NCBI GenBank assembly: GCA_951406725.2
Contig: OX597833.1
Location: 47,182,001 to 47,246,000, forward strand
Direction of reading: 5' to 3'
DNA length: 64,000 nucleotides
From: Octopus vulgaris
Taxonomy: Eukaryota
Under the pieces are notes generated by a model, which saw only the letters and a program-made list of their open reading frames with translations, did no database searches and was not told the origin of the DNA. Made by a program: the position numbers and the translations under genes. Below are positions 27,182 through 40,882 of this stretch, in pieces (within the stretch, counting starts at the first letter, position 1; every line of letters starts with the position of its first letter).

Positions 27182-27673
27182 ATATATATATATGGATAGA
27201 TGGATGGATGGATAGATAGATAGATAGATAATGTTTTTAACATCTACTTTTCAATGTAGTCAGCTGAGACTACATAGGGGCAAACCATTCTACAGCCTGG
27301 TTCCCCCTCCTGACACTAACCCTCACTTGTTTCCAAGCAAAGTAATAATAATCCACCAGTCTATCAGACAATGAACAGCCTGGACATGATTTCATGGAGA
27401 ACTACAAACAAACTACACCTGTTGTATAAACAGTGATGGTTTGTTTACAATTAGCATGTAATGTGTTAAGAAGCCTGGTCATGCTTCCACAGTGGCCTGC
27501 AAACATACAACACCATCTGAATGAATAGTTAGGCATTTGTTTACATTCAGTGCATAGATATGTCAAAACAAGGGAAAATACAAACTCATTCACACACACC
27601 TATACAAACATACACACACACACACACACACACATATCAGTTATGCACATTTAGAAAGTTTGTTAGAAAAATT

Positions 27674-28280
27674 GGATCTTTTTGGTTTGAACGGCAGTTT
27701 TTAACATAATTTCTAGGTAACTAAAAAATGTTGAACTTCGTATACTGGTAGAATGTGTTTATAAAACATCCTTTTCTCTTGGTTTTATTGAGAAAATTCT
27801 ATTGTTTGTAAGATATTTATTGTTTTTTTTCTGCAATTTCAACCAATCACTGACGTCTATTGAGGTAAAAAACATTCTGTGCCGTATGAATATGTCCCTC
27901 TTTTAAGAAACAGATTGGGTTTATTTACATTTGTGAAGAAAAAAAGATACCCTTCCCCCACCCCTAACCCTAAAACAAATTGAAATGCAATAGATCAGTC
28001 GTTCCCAAACTATGAGTTGCGACCCACAGATGGGTCGCGAAAGGAATCTTAGTGGGTCGCAAAAAGTTATAAAATTACGCATTAGCTTTGATTAACTGCT
28101 GTCTATCGAGATAGTTCAGTAGAGTTAAGTGGCTCGTCATAAACCGGTGTGATAAATAGTGGGTCGCGACTCTAAAAAGTTTGGGAACCATTGCAATAGA
28201 TCGATACTAGGGTCATAATTATGGGTGACAATTTCATATGACACCGCTAGAAAAAACTGCCGTTCAAACCGAAAAGATCC
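27674..28280 (+). mobile_element. MITE family A, copy 4, interrupted by a hAT MITE
   Basis: Same TIRs and body; flanks do not match; nested insertion at 27996-28193. Confidence 0.88.
27996..28193. mobile_element. hAT (Charlie-like) MITE nested in MITE A
   Basis: TIR cagtcgttcccaaac / gtttgggaaccattg, perfect 8-bp TSD caatagat, internal gggtcgc repeats. Confidence 0.9.
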
Positions 28281-28690
28281 AGATGTGCTACTACGACAAA
28301 GAGCCTGAGAGTTGAGAATGCGTCTATGTTTGCTTGTGACTATATAGACATATAAAACAATAAGTGAAAGCATGGTACATATTTATCAAGCCATATTCGT
28401 TCTCAGGTGATGGCTGACTCTTAGTTGCGGCATAACAACGTAGTGTGTGTGAGTTGTTATGATTGTTAGGCAAATCTCATTGTTATACAATTCTTTATCA
28501 GGAATAGACATTGCAATGATTGTTGGTCGTAAACAAAGCAGTAAAATATATGAAGGATATTATTTACATTTGAAAATAAAGCAAAGATACCGGCGGTGAT
28601 GACTGCTACGCACACACGTGAGTGCGTATGTACATAAGTACGTATGTATTTATGTATTTTGTTTTTCTGTCCTCTCACTGAACACTTACT

Positions 28691-29379
28691 GGTACTACTT
28701 AAGAAGAGTGGTCCCGGTGCGCGCACTCGCGTGCTCGCGGATCCGCGCTAGCTAGTCGTGACTAATCGATCCTACAACGACTACCTATCTATCTATCTAT
28801 CCGCTCAGTCGAAGTCGACTCTCGGTTACTCGATGGATCAGTGTCCTCCAGTCAGTTCTATCCTGGGCCGCTTCTTTCAGACTGGCTATGTCCATTCCGG
28901 TATCACTCATGATGGTGTCAAGCCAGCGGGTTCTTGGTCGGCCTCTTCCTCTCTTGCCACTGACCATTCCGAGCATGATGTCCTTCTCCAGGGATTTTCT
29001 CCGCATAGTATGACCGAAATATGCCAATCTATGCTTGGTGATCCTAGCTTCTAGCGACAGCTTCGGCCTGATCTGCTTAAGAACTTCTCCATTGATGAGC
29101 CTCGCTGTCCATGGAATCCGTAAAAGACAACGACTACCTAGCAACAAAAAAAAATACTTATTTTGTGTTTTATTTACTTTACAACGACTACCTAGCAATG
29201 TAAATAAAACACAAAATAAATAATGTTTATACTCAAAGTACATAATTTTTTTAAAACAAAGTAAATAAAACACAAATTAATTATTTTTTTTAAAAACAAA
29301 GTAAATAAAAAAAAACACAAAGTAAGGATCGACTAGTCACGACAAGCTAGCACGGATGCACGAGTTCTTGAGTAGTACC
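28691..29379. mobile_element. Merlin-like MITE interrupted by an RTE LINE
   Basis: TIR ggtactacttaagaa / ttcttgagtagtacc plus subterminal inverted block gctagctagtcgtgactaatcgatcct; GGTAC terminus; flanks cacttact/cacttata. Confidence 0.65.
28787..29126 (-). mobile_element. 5'-truncated RTE (BovB-like) LINE
   Basis: LRIPWTARLINGEVLKQI...RLAYFGHTMRRKSLEKDIMLG...RGRGRPRTRWLD...DRTDWRTLIHRVTESRLRLSG*, (GATA)n tail, direct repeat acaacgactaccta on both sides. Confidence 0.92.
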
Positions 29380-29822
29380 CACTTATACATTATCTTCGAT
29401 GAGAGAGTCCGTCATATACGTACATACCCACGAACATACGTACGTATGTACGCAGGTACGTTTGCACGTGAGTACGTACATACGTACATGTGTACCCATG
29501 TACGTACATCTTGTGGTCCGTGTGTGGAATAACTTGTCGGTCCCTTGCAGGTTTTGGGAGTGAAATGAGTTTAAGAGGCGCTCTTACTTCGACATGAGTC
29601 GACTTTTACTAATGCATGCATGTATGTATGTAGGCATGTATCAATATGTATGTATGTATGTATGTACGCAGGCACGAACGCACACACGTAGTATGTACTC
29701 ATGTACCTGTGTACGTGTGTGTGTGTGTACCTGTGTTTAGAGATCATGTAATAGTTGTAAACGAGTATCACCATCATATAAGCGAGATTATTCATTTCTA
29801 GCCTTCTGTGAATAACCATGCA

Positions 29823-30238
29823 GGATCTTTTCGGTTAAACGGCAGTTTTTTTTAAATAATTTCCACTAACTAAACACTCTTAAACTTCGTATACTGGTAG
29901 AATGTGTTTATAAAACATCTTTTTCTCGTGGCTTTATTGAGAAAATCCTATAGTTTGTAAGATATTTGTTGTTGTTTTTCTTCAATTTCTGCAATTTCAA
30001 CCAATCACTGACGTTTATTGAGATAAAAAACATTCTGTGTCGTATGAATATGTCCCTCGTTTAAGAAACAGATTGGGTTTATTTACATTTCTGAAGAAAA
30101 AAGATACCCTTCCCCCCACCCCTAACTCTAACCCTAAAACAGATTGAAATGCAATAGATCGATACTAGGGTCATAATTATAGGTGACAATTTCATATGAC
30201 ACCGCTAGAAAAAAATGCCGTTCAAATCGAAAAGATCC
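29823..30238 (+). mobile_element. MITE family A, copy 5
   Basis: Same TIRs; TSD accatgca/accatgcg. Confidence 0.9.
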
Positions 30239-30635
30239 ACCATGCGTAGCTATGGAAAAACTTTATCGTGCTTGAAAAAAAGATGAGTGTTGGTGACTGG
30301 AAAGGTTTCCAACCCTAAAAGAATCTGCTTCAGTAAATTCCATCTGAACCATGCAAGCATAGAATAGTGGATGCTAAAGGAGGAGGAGGAGGAGAATATA
30401 AATGCTCGTTTAAAAAAGCCAGCTTTAATAGCAAAACTTTGAAGTAAACAGTCTCTATAAATATTAAAATTACTAGTAATATATATATATATATTTAGTA
30501 TCATGTGTGTACACACAGACACAGACACACACTCACACATGTATACTTATATTTGGATATATGTGTGTGTGTGTGTATGTATATGCATATATATGTACAT
30601 ATATATGTATGTATGTATGTATACATATAAATATG

Positions 30636-30697
<62 letters not shown>

Positions 30698-30701
<4 letters not shown>

Positions 30702-32563
30702 AATGCATAATTTTTCGTGTGTCGATGGCAGCGGAGTTGGTGTCCACGCTCAAACACCTGCACCTGTGTTTGCTTCTCCCCCTTCTTCCCTCCCTCGTGA
30801 AGCTGTGGGAAAGGGAGTTTAAGGAAATCAACGTCGTAATGCGTTGTCAAGGAGACCAGCGTTCTTTTAGAACAACGACTTCATGGCTTGAAGACACCAA
30901 AACAGAAATGGCTAAGAAAGCCCGAATTTGGCATCTATAAAGGAAGTAACTCTCTAAAAATGCTTATATAGTTATTTCCCTTACAAATCCGAGCAACGCC
31001 GGGCGATACTGCTAGTATATATCTATATATATAAAACTGTAGTTGTGTGAGTGTCTGTCCCCTTCGATTTAGATTCCTAACTCCTCCCACATTTTGCGGT
31101 GCAGTTTAACCAAAACCGGGTATCTTATAGTCGTGATTAATTTCGAGCCCGTCTGGCTATTAGCGCGCGTCTACGATGAGTCTACGATTTAAAAAATAAT
31201 TTAACATCATTTTTTATTCCATTTTAATGCATAATTTTTCGTGTGTCGATGGCGGCGGAGTTGGCGTCCATGGTCACACCTGCACCTGTGTTTGCTTCTC
31301 CCCCTTCTTCCCTCCTTCGTGAAGCTGTGGGGAAGGGAGTGTAAAGAAATCAACGTCGTAAAGCGTTGTCAAGGAGACCAGCGTTCTTTTAGAACAACGA
31401 CTTCATGGCTTGAAGACACCAAAACAGAAATGGCTAAGAAAGCCTGAATTGGCATCTATAAGGGAAGTAACTCTCTAAAAATGCTTATATAGTTATTTCC
31501 CTTACAAACCCGAGCAACGCCGGGCGATACTGCTTGTATATATATAAAACTGTAGTTGTTTGAGTGTCTGTCTCCTACGATTTAGATTCCTAACTCCTCC
31601 CACATTTTGCGGTGCAGTTTAACCAAATTCGGGTATCTTATAGTCGTGATTAATATCGAGCCCGTCTGAGTATTAGCGCGCGTCTACGATGAGTCTACGA
31701 TTTTTAAAATAATTTAACATCATTTTTTATTCCATTTTAATGCATAAAATGCATCGTGTGTCGATGGCGGCGGAGTTGGTGTCCACGCTCAAACACCTGC
31801 ACCTGTGTTTGCTTCTCCCCCTTCTTCCCTCCCTCGTGAAGCTGTGGGGAAGGGAGTTTAAGGAAATCAACGTCGTAATGCGTTGTCAAGGAGACCAGCG
31901 TTCTTTTAGAACAACGACTTCATGGCTTGAAGACACCAAAACAGAAATGGCTAAGAAAGCCCGAATTGGCATCTATAAAGGAAGTAACTCTCTAAAAATG
32001 CTTATATAGTTATTTCCCTTACAAATCCGAGCAACGCCGGGCGATACTGCTAGTATATATCTATATATATAAAACTGTAGTTGTGTGAGTGTCTGTCCCC
32101 TTCGATTTAGATTCCTAACTCCTCCCACAGTTTGCGGTGCAGTTTAACCAAATTCGGGTATCTTATAGTCGTGATTCATATCGAGCCCGTCTGAGTATTA
32201 GCGCGCGTCAACGATGAGTCTACGATTTTAAAACTAATTTAACATCATTTTTTATTCCATTTTAATGCATAATTTTTCGTGTGTCGATGGCGGCGGAGTT
32301 GGTGTCCACGCTCACAGCTGCACCTGTTTGCTTCTCCCCCTTCCCTCCCTCGTGAAGCTGTGGGGAAGGGAGTGTAAAGAAATCAACGTCGTAATGCGTT
32401 GTGAAGGAAACCAGCGTTCTTTTAGAACAACGACTTCATGGCTTGAAGACACCAAAACAAAAATGGCTAAGAAAGCCCGAATTTATAAGGGAAGTAACTC
32501 TCTAAAAATGCTTATATAGTTATTTCCCTTACAAACCCGAGCAACGCCGGGCGATACTGCTAG
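30698..32563 (+). mobile_element. Head-to-tail array of non-autonomous Helitrons (one partial + three full units of about 510 bp)
   Basis: Units start TCtatatatataaaactgtag and end cccgagcaacgccggg hairpin + cgatactgCTAG; ends at 31015, 31536 (CTTG), 32053, 32563. Confidence 0.88.
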
Positions 32564-32687
32564 TATATATATATGTATGTATGTAGCCATATGTACGTGT
32601 GTGCGCACGCGCGTATAATAGATAGACAGACAGATGGATTGATGGATAAATAGATAGATGGATAGACAGACAGACAGACAGACAGAC

Positions 32688-32745
<58 letters not shown>

Positions 32746-33233
32746 CCATCCATTTTTTCCCCTTTTCCATGTTGTGATGAGTTGGCTGGATCATGGACTG
32801 AATCAGCCTGGTTTCTACAGCTTGATGTCTTTCCTGTCACCAATCACGTCACAGACTGAACTCAGAGTATTTCATTGTGGTATCAGTATAGTGAATGAGC
32901 AACCATTCTCTATCTTGATCAATGTTACTCAACCACTTTTTACCTTTGGACCCCTTTGATTCCTATTTTATTCAGATGAACCCTCATAGGTATTCAATAT
33001 TTTAAAAAAATCCTATTACCATATTTTTATAATTAAATATTACTCGCAATTGTATAAAAAAATACTGTTAGAATATTTTATGTATTGTAGAAGTATTTGT
33101 AATTTATTGCACATAAATTTTAGCAACAAAATCTTATATAGACCACCGGCAGCCATATGGACCCTGTTTGAAAACCACTGATGTAGATAGAGTAAAGCAG
33201 TCTCTTTAACACTTGACCAAACTATGTACAGTC

Positions 33234-33290
<57 letters not shown>

Positions 33291-33690
33291 AACCAACGTG
33301 TAGATATACAAACATAATTTTCTATGAAAACCTATCTGACCCTGCAGAAATATTACTTTTTACTTGGAAAGCAGGTGAAGGGGTTTGTGACAGGAAGAGT
33401 ATCAAGCTTTAGAAAATCCATCTCAACAAATTCCAACTCGAGTAGACATTAAAATGATGATGATGATGATGCTGATGATGGTGGTGGTGGTGGTGGTGGT
33501 GGTGGTGGTGGTAATGGTTTGGTGGTGGTGGTGGTGATAGTGATGATGGTGATGATGATTATGATGGTGGTGGTGGTAATGGTTTGGTGGTGGTGGTGGT
33601 GATAGTGATGATGGTGATGATGGTGATGATGATGGTGGTGGTGGTGGTGGTGGTGGTGGTGATAGTGATGATGGTGATGATGGTGATGAT

Positions 33691-33737
<47 letters not shown>

Positions 33738-34091
33738 CGACGACGATGACAACGACGACGATGTTTGATGATAAGAATGACAGAAGATAACCAACACACT
33801 CAGAATGGTGCCTCTATTTTATCTAAATTAAGATATACTGGCAGGAGTCCTATACTAATATAATATAGTTTATGTATTCGAATATCTTAATGTCTATAGC
33901 AGACAGATTTCAAACGCAGGATATTTGGGTCAGTAGTCTGTTACATTAACCATTTAGCTACTGTATCTTGACATTGCGAGTTATGTAGTTTATTTGAGAA
34001 TGCAAATAAATACAATGGAACTAAAAAATATTTTCTTTTTGTACCCAGAAATCAACAAAATACTTTTTTTTTTTTTTACTCAAGAATAATG

Positions 34092-34512
34092 GGATCTTTT
34101 CGGTTTGACCGGCAGTTTTTAAAAGTAATTTCCACGTAACTAAACACTTTTAAACTTCGTATACTGGTAGAATGTGTTTATAAAACATCTTTTTCTCTTG
34201 GTTTTATTGAGAAAATTCTATGGTTTGTAAGATATTTATTGTTTTTTTTTTCTGCAATTTCAACCAATCAATGACGTCTATTGAGGTGAAAACATTCTGT
34301 GCCGTATGAATATGTCTCCCGTTTAAGAAACAGATTGAGTTTATTTACATTTCTGAAGGAAAAAAGATACCCTTCCCCCACCCCTAACCCTAACTCTAAC
34401 CCTAACCCTAAAACAGATTGAAAAGCAATAGATCGATACTAGGGTCATAATTATGGGTGACAATTTCATATGACATCGCTAGAAAAAACTGCCGTTCAAA
34501 CCGAAAAGATTC
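34092..34512 (+). mobile_element. MITE family A, copy 6
   Basis: Same TIRs; perfect TSD gaataatg. Confidence 0.92.
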
Positions 34513-34611
34513 GAATAATGCTAATTCAACCCCAATTTTAGCCGTAGTATTTTGTATTAAATTCCTCGTATTATACACAAATAAATGCAGTAGACTGGTG
34601 TGTGTGTGTGT

Positions 34612-34654
<43 letters not shown>

Positions 34655-34968
34655 TGAGAGAAAGATAGAGAGACTTTACAGGCAATGACAAAATTAATAC
34701 ATAGTAAGGGAGGTAACTCCCTTTTCTCGTTTACACATTTTCTACTATACGAATTATGAAAAGCTACTTTACATGTGGGATATCAAAATTTTTAATGTTT
34801 TTAATTTACTATAACACGGTTCAGTGTTCAGATTAAGCAAGGCTTGATCTGTTAAAATATATTTCTTTGGTATAGGCTGCAGTCAGTTTAAGTGAATTTT
34901 GTTTATTGAAAAAGGGAAACGCAGACACAAAGACACACACAGATACATACACACACACACAGATACGT

Positions 34969-34999
<31 letters not shown>

Positions 35000-36177
35000 A
35001 ACATCTTCCATAGTTTGCATCTTTCAAATTCACTCACTAGGCATTGATCAGCCCAGGACTGTAGTAATAGACACTTAACCCAAAACAATATGGCTGCAGG
35101 CTCCTTAAACATGCAGCCATGCCTGTACCTATTCATACGAAATTGCTGGACTTTATTTACCAAATTTAAACATTATCCCTAATTCTTAATGTCTCAATTC
35201 CCCCATAGTTTTCAAAAATATGCACCCTAACTTTTATGAATGTTACAAGCAGGACAGGACCTACGAGGGTTGACATCAGCCAGTGTGTTTGTTGGGAACC
35301 TGAAGGACTAAGGATAGGCCATGTAAGTTTCTGACATGATTAGGAGGCCCCCAGATATATCTCCTCAGTCAGAGCCTGAAGACAACCTCATTTCACCTTA
35401 CAGAATTTTTGTTGGAGACCCTCCTTGCAACTGATGTGCATTCTATGCAATATATACAGTTTCATCCCTCTCTTTTATGAGTTGATTTTACAGTAAATTT
35501 CTCCAGGAGTGGCTGTGTGGTAAGTAGCTTGCTTACCAACCACATGGTTCTGAGTTCATTCCCACTGCGTGGCACGTGGGCAAGTGTCTTCTACTATAGC
35601 CTCGGGCTGACCAAAACCTTGTGAGTGGATTTGGTAGGCGGAAACAGAAAGAAGCCTGTCGTATATATGTATATTTGTGTGTGTATATGTTTGTGTGTCA
35701 ATGTTTGTCCCCTCCAACATCGCTTGACAACCGATGCTGGGTGTGTTTACATCCCCGAAACTTAGTGGTTCAGCATAAGTGACCGATAGAACAAGTACTA
35801 GGCTTACTATGAATAAGTCATGGGGTCAATTTGGTCGACTAAAAGTAGTGCTCCAGCATGGCCGCAGTCAAATGACTGAAACAAGTAAAGAAAGAAAGAA
35901 AGAAAGGGTTTCTAAAATGATATATCAAATATCATCATCATTGTTTTAATGTCTGCTAATCTATCATTATATGAACCACACAGAATTTATTGTGGTAGAT
36001 TTTCTATTGCCAGAGGCCCTTCCTGTTGCCAAACCCCACCTGTTTTCAGATATGGTAATATTTCCCCATGGCTGGACATGTGTTTTTAAGTAGACTGGAA
36101 ATGAACAACATCATTGGTGTAAAGACATGTGGCTTAGTGATTAGAGTACTCAGCTCATGTTCATAAGGTCATGGGTT

Positions 36178-36627
36178 TGTAGGGAATACGACCATACGTA
36201 AGGAGTTGGTGATGGAAATGTCTCCTTTTATGTGCCATATGGTCGCCTACAAAGAATAAGCCATTTCTAATATATTTCCTGAACAGTGAGGATGTCAGCC
36301 ACACTACAGAGCCCGTTATCAGACGTTTTGCCGTAGACAAAACAGCGCTAAAATGGTTTTACTGCAGCAAAGAGGTGATGTCCGAACGGTTGGTCACATA
36401 AACTGGCACTAGGTCACCAATTTGGACATTCGAGTGAACGTAAGGCCACTGAGAATAATGGAGGCTTGCGTGTTCGAAAACTAGGGGTCACCAGTTTATA
36501 GGGAATACGACAGTACATAAGGAGTTGGTGACGGAAATGTCTACTTTTATGTGCCATACGGTCGCCTACAAAGAATAAGCCATTTCTAATATATCTCTCA
36601 AACAGTGAGGATATCAGCCACACTACA
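36178..36627 (-). mobile_element. TRIM-like miniature LTR retrotransposon
   Basis: 131-bp direct repeats (36178-36308, 36497-36627) with tgtag...ctaca termini, 188-bp interior, minus-strand TGGTGACCCC 3 nt after the repeat, flanks ggtt/agtt; sits inside a tRNA-SINE head. Confidence 0.75.
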
Positions 36628-37053
36628 AGTTTGATCTCCAGCTGTGCATTGTATCCTTAAGCAAGACACTCTATTTCTTGTTGCTCCAGTCCACTCAGCT
36701 AGCAAAAATGAGTAGTACTTGTAATTCAAAGAGTCCAGCCTTGTCACATCTGGTGTGTTACACCGAATCTCCTTGAGAAGTATATTAAGGGCATGTATAT
36801 CTGTGGAGTGCTCAGCCACTTGCACGTTAATTTCATGAGCAGGCTTGATCTATTGACTGGATCATGTGGAACGCTTGTTATTGTAGCTGAATATAGTACC
36901 ATTGGACTTGTGTGTGACAGTGATGCTTATTTACGATCATCATGTGTTTTCATGAAAGACTGGAAACAAAGGACACTGCTTGTAAGACGGTGACACTTGT
37001 TTACAACTATCATGCAATACCGAGATGGAGAAGCAGAAACATGTACAAGCACA

Positions 37054-37106
<53 letters not shown>

Positions 37107-39977
37107 ACAAACACACACACAAACGCACACACAGACACACACACACACATACACAAACACACACACAAACACACACACAGGCAAATACAAACACACACAC
37201 ACAAACACACACACACACACAAACATAAACACACACACACACATGCATGCAAATTCTCATTTAAACCTATCATTATAAGTACATTAGGCTATGTACCTAT
37301 ATATTTACACTAAAACCTAGAAACACTACGTTTTGTGAAGAAAGAGCAAAAAAAAAAAACTGATGCAGATTCTCCGATTCCAATCTATTAGTGGTACAGT
37401 GAAAATTTGTAAGATATTCCAAAGATTCTCCACTTGAGATTTTTTTAGGTGAAGAGATGCACACACTTGGGTGTATGCATTGGCAGTTCAACCAACACAC
37501 CAACTGAACCACATATTTACAAACATTGGGAATTCTCTTGACTCAAAATGTCTTCTTGCTTTGCTAGCAACCAGCTAGAAATTTTCTTAAATATTTTTAT
37601 TTATGCACCCTTTTCAAGCTTAGCCAGGCTCATGGGCCCGGTTTCCTGGTTTCTATGGCATATGTGTTCCCTCCAGCTGGACGGGACGCCAGTCCATTGC
37701 AGCGTTACTCAAGAAACAGGAAGAGAGAGTGAGAGAAAGTTGTGGCAAAAGAGTACAACAGGGGTCACCACCACCCCCTGCCGGAGCCTCGTGGGGCTTT
37801 AGGTGTTTTTTTCTCAATAAACACACACAACGCCTGGTCTGGCAATCGAAACCACAATCCTCCGACCACAAGTCCACTGCCCTAACCACTGGGCCATTGC
37901 ACCTCCACGAACTCTCTTAAGAAGAACCTAAAATAAAACTCAAAGAAAAATCATTAATGCATACATTTGCATGCATACATTCATTCAACAGGCTTCTTTC
38001 TGTTTCCATCTACCAAATCTACTCACAAGGCTTTAGTCAAACCCCAGCACTATAGCTGAAGACACTTACCCAAAATATTGAATTTTTTTTTTTTTTTTAT
38101 CACCCTGAACTATATTTCCCATTTTGAGAGTTGCTACTGATACAACATATCAATTAGTTTGTTCTCTAGTCATCTTCAGGTAAAACACTCTGAACTGAAG
38201 GCGGTGAGCTGGCAGAAATGTTAGCACACCAGGCGAAATGCTTAGTGGTATTTCATCTGTCTCTATGTTCTGAGTTCGAATTCTGCTGAGGTCAACTTTG
38301 CCTTTCATCTTTTCTGGGTTGATAAATTAAGTACCAGTTATGCACTAAGGTTGATATAATCGACTTAATCTGTTTGCCTGTCCTTGTTTGTCCTCTCTGT
38401 GTTTAGCCCCTTGTGGGTAGTAAAGAAATAGGTATTTCATCTGTCTCTACATTTTGAGTTCAAATTCTGCTGAGGTCAACTTTGCCTTTCATCCTTTCGG
38501 GGTCAATAAATTAAGTACCAGTTGCGTACTTGAGTCAATCTAATCAACTGGCTCCATCCTGAAAAATTTCGGGCCTTGTGCCTGGAGTAGAAAAGAACAC
38601 TCTCTGAACTGGTCAAAACAGTGTTTTAGCAACACATCCAAGATAAAGAAAACAGTTAGCAAAACAAACACCAGATCATAAGGATAAAATTCATGTTAGG
38701 AACTCAAGTCAGAAATATACAAGGCACCCATGCCAGTGACACATAATAAAAGGCACATGTGCTGGTGACACATAAAAGGCACTCGTGCTGGTGACATGTA
38801 AAAGGCTCCTGTGTCACTGACATGTTTAGAGGTACCTGTGCTGGTGACACATTAAGGGCATCTGTGCCAGTGATGGGTAAAAGGCATCCAGTACACCCTG
38901 TGGAGCAGTTGGTATTAGGAAGGGTTCAAATTCTGCTGAGGTCAACTTTGCCTTTCATCCTTTCGGGGTCGATAAATTAAGTACCAGTTACACACTGGGG
39001 TCGATGTAATTGACTTACTATCTATGTCTGTCCTTGTTTGTCCCCTCTATGTTTAGCCCCTTGTGGGTAATAAAGAAATAGGTATTAGGAAGGGCATCCA
39101 GCTATAGAAACCAAGCCAAAACAAGACTGGAGCCTGGTGCTGCTCTCTGATTTACCAGTTCAAGTCAAACTGTCTAACCCATGACAGCACTGAAAATGGA
39201 TACTAAATGATGATGATGATGATGAGTACAGCATCACCATGGGAGGCTTTATTGGCAGCTGGCTGATGATGTAAAAGGGTGGATGCAAATTCAACCTATA
39301 CACCACCTGCTGAGAACCCTCCCCTGAGAACCCTTCCCCACCAGCCACCTAAAAGCAATCACAGTGGTGAGTGCTTCTCAAGGAAATCACCAGGGGTCGT
39401 TCATTGACCTGTTGCTATAAGGAGGAGAACAGTTCTCCAAACTGCTGCCATTTCTCCCCTTCTTGAGATTGCTTTTCACTTTAGCAGCCAGATCGTCTTC
39501 ATGTCATACATACCCAGCCATAATTCCAGAAACATCTCACATTATGAATAACTTAGGGAATTGTATTTGCATTGCAATATACTTAAAACATAATTGTGTG
39601 TGTGTGTGAGCACATGTGTGTATGTGTGTGTGTGAAACTATAAGTGTATAACTAATACATTGTGTTAGAATGTACACGCATTTTATACTCACTACATTTT
39701 TGGCGTTCTCTTGTTTTCAGATTTTTATTGTTTTAATATTATTAGCCCCGCCTTAGCGAAGGTAGAGGTATTGTTTTCAGTCATGTTTGTTTGTTTGTTT
39801 GTTGGTTGGTTGGTTTTGTCCATGGACAAAATATCTCAAGAACTGCGGGATGGATTCAGGATGAAACTTTCAGGAATGTTTGGTCTGGTGACTAGCACCA
39901 ACTGATTAGATTTTGGGATCGATCTGGTACCGGACAAGGATTCTGGATTATTTATATTTACTTTACTTTACATGGAA

Positions 39978-40269
39978 TTATGGAGATGTACTCGCATAGC
40001 AAGTGATTTGATCTGAGATCGTGTGCTGAAACGAAAACAATTGCAGCGTGGAAGGTGTTTATAAGCCATTTAAAGAAACACACAAAAGCTGTTCGATTCA
40101 CTTCAACATTTAAATTTAATTTGTCAAAATATTTTCGTCGCTTTAAGATCGCGACGTGTTCACTGACAAAAATCCGTGATGCAGCAAATTAAACTTAAAT
40201 GTCGAAGTGAATCGAATGGCTTTTGTGTGTTTCTTAAATGGCTTACAAACACCTTCCACGCTGCAATTG
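39978..40269. mobile_element. Family P1, third copy
   Basis: Extension + full arm + truncated inverted arm ending gctgcaattg; 13-bp direct repeat tttactttacatg. Confidence 0.78.
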
Positions 40270-40296
40270 TTTACTTTACATGATTACGATCTTAGA

Positions 40297-40845
40297 TTAA
40301 CTTTTAGTAGTTATAGAGTCAGGTGTCAGAGGTGATGGAGATGGAACATTTTGATCTTCAACAGTAAAGATGCCTGCATAGCATCCAGCAAGGATTTCTG
40401 CACATTCTTTGGGATTGTCAGTAATCTGGTCTATGTGGGGATTGCGAAGGGGGCCAACTGGAGAGTGAGGTCTCTGTTTTGAACGTACGTACTTCCAGAA
40501 CACTTTGCTGTCAGGGTTGGTTGCTATGCACTGTTCGAATTCAAGCACTGCCTTTTTTGTCACCTGCTTGAGATGGTTGGCTGATCTATTGCGCTTTTTC
40601 CTGTTGATCTCTGATTTGTGCATTTTGTATTCCTGTTCAACATTACAGCGTTCTTTCCTGGCACGTCGAACTGCTGCAGCCTCCCAAATTGTCAACACTA
40701 CACCTGATTTTCTCCCCTCCATACACATGCAAGCATGTATCTGACGCATACACTGTTCACTTCCCAGATATTTGTACATTTCTGCATATGCTTTATATGC
40801 ACTTTTGACAAGTTGTGGTGCACCTGAGCACTGTATACAATTATT

Positions 40846-40882
<37 letters not shown>

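Noticed and set aside
30719-32519. Repeated ORFs [18 protein letters not shown]... suggesting a tandem gene family or CRISPR-like array
   Set aside because: They lie inside Helitron units, frames differ between copies, and there are no unique spacers or cas genes.
35254-35327. Possible extra exon ending cat|gtaagt
   Set aside because: Stop codon in the required phase; the gene model is already phase-consistent without it.
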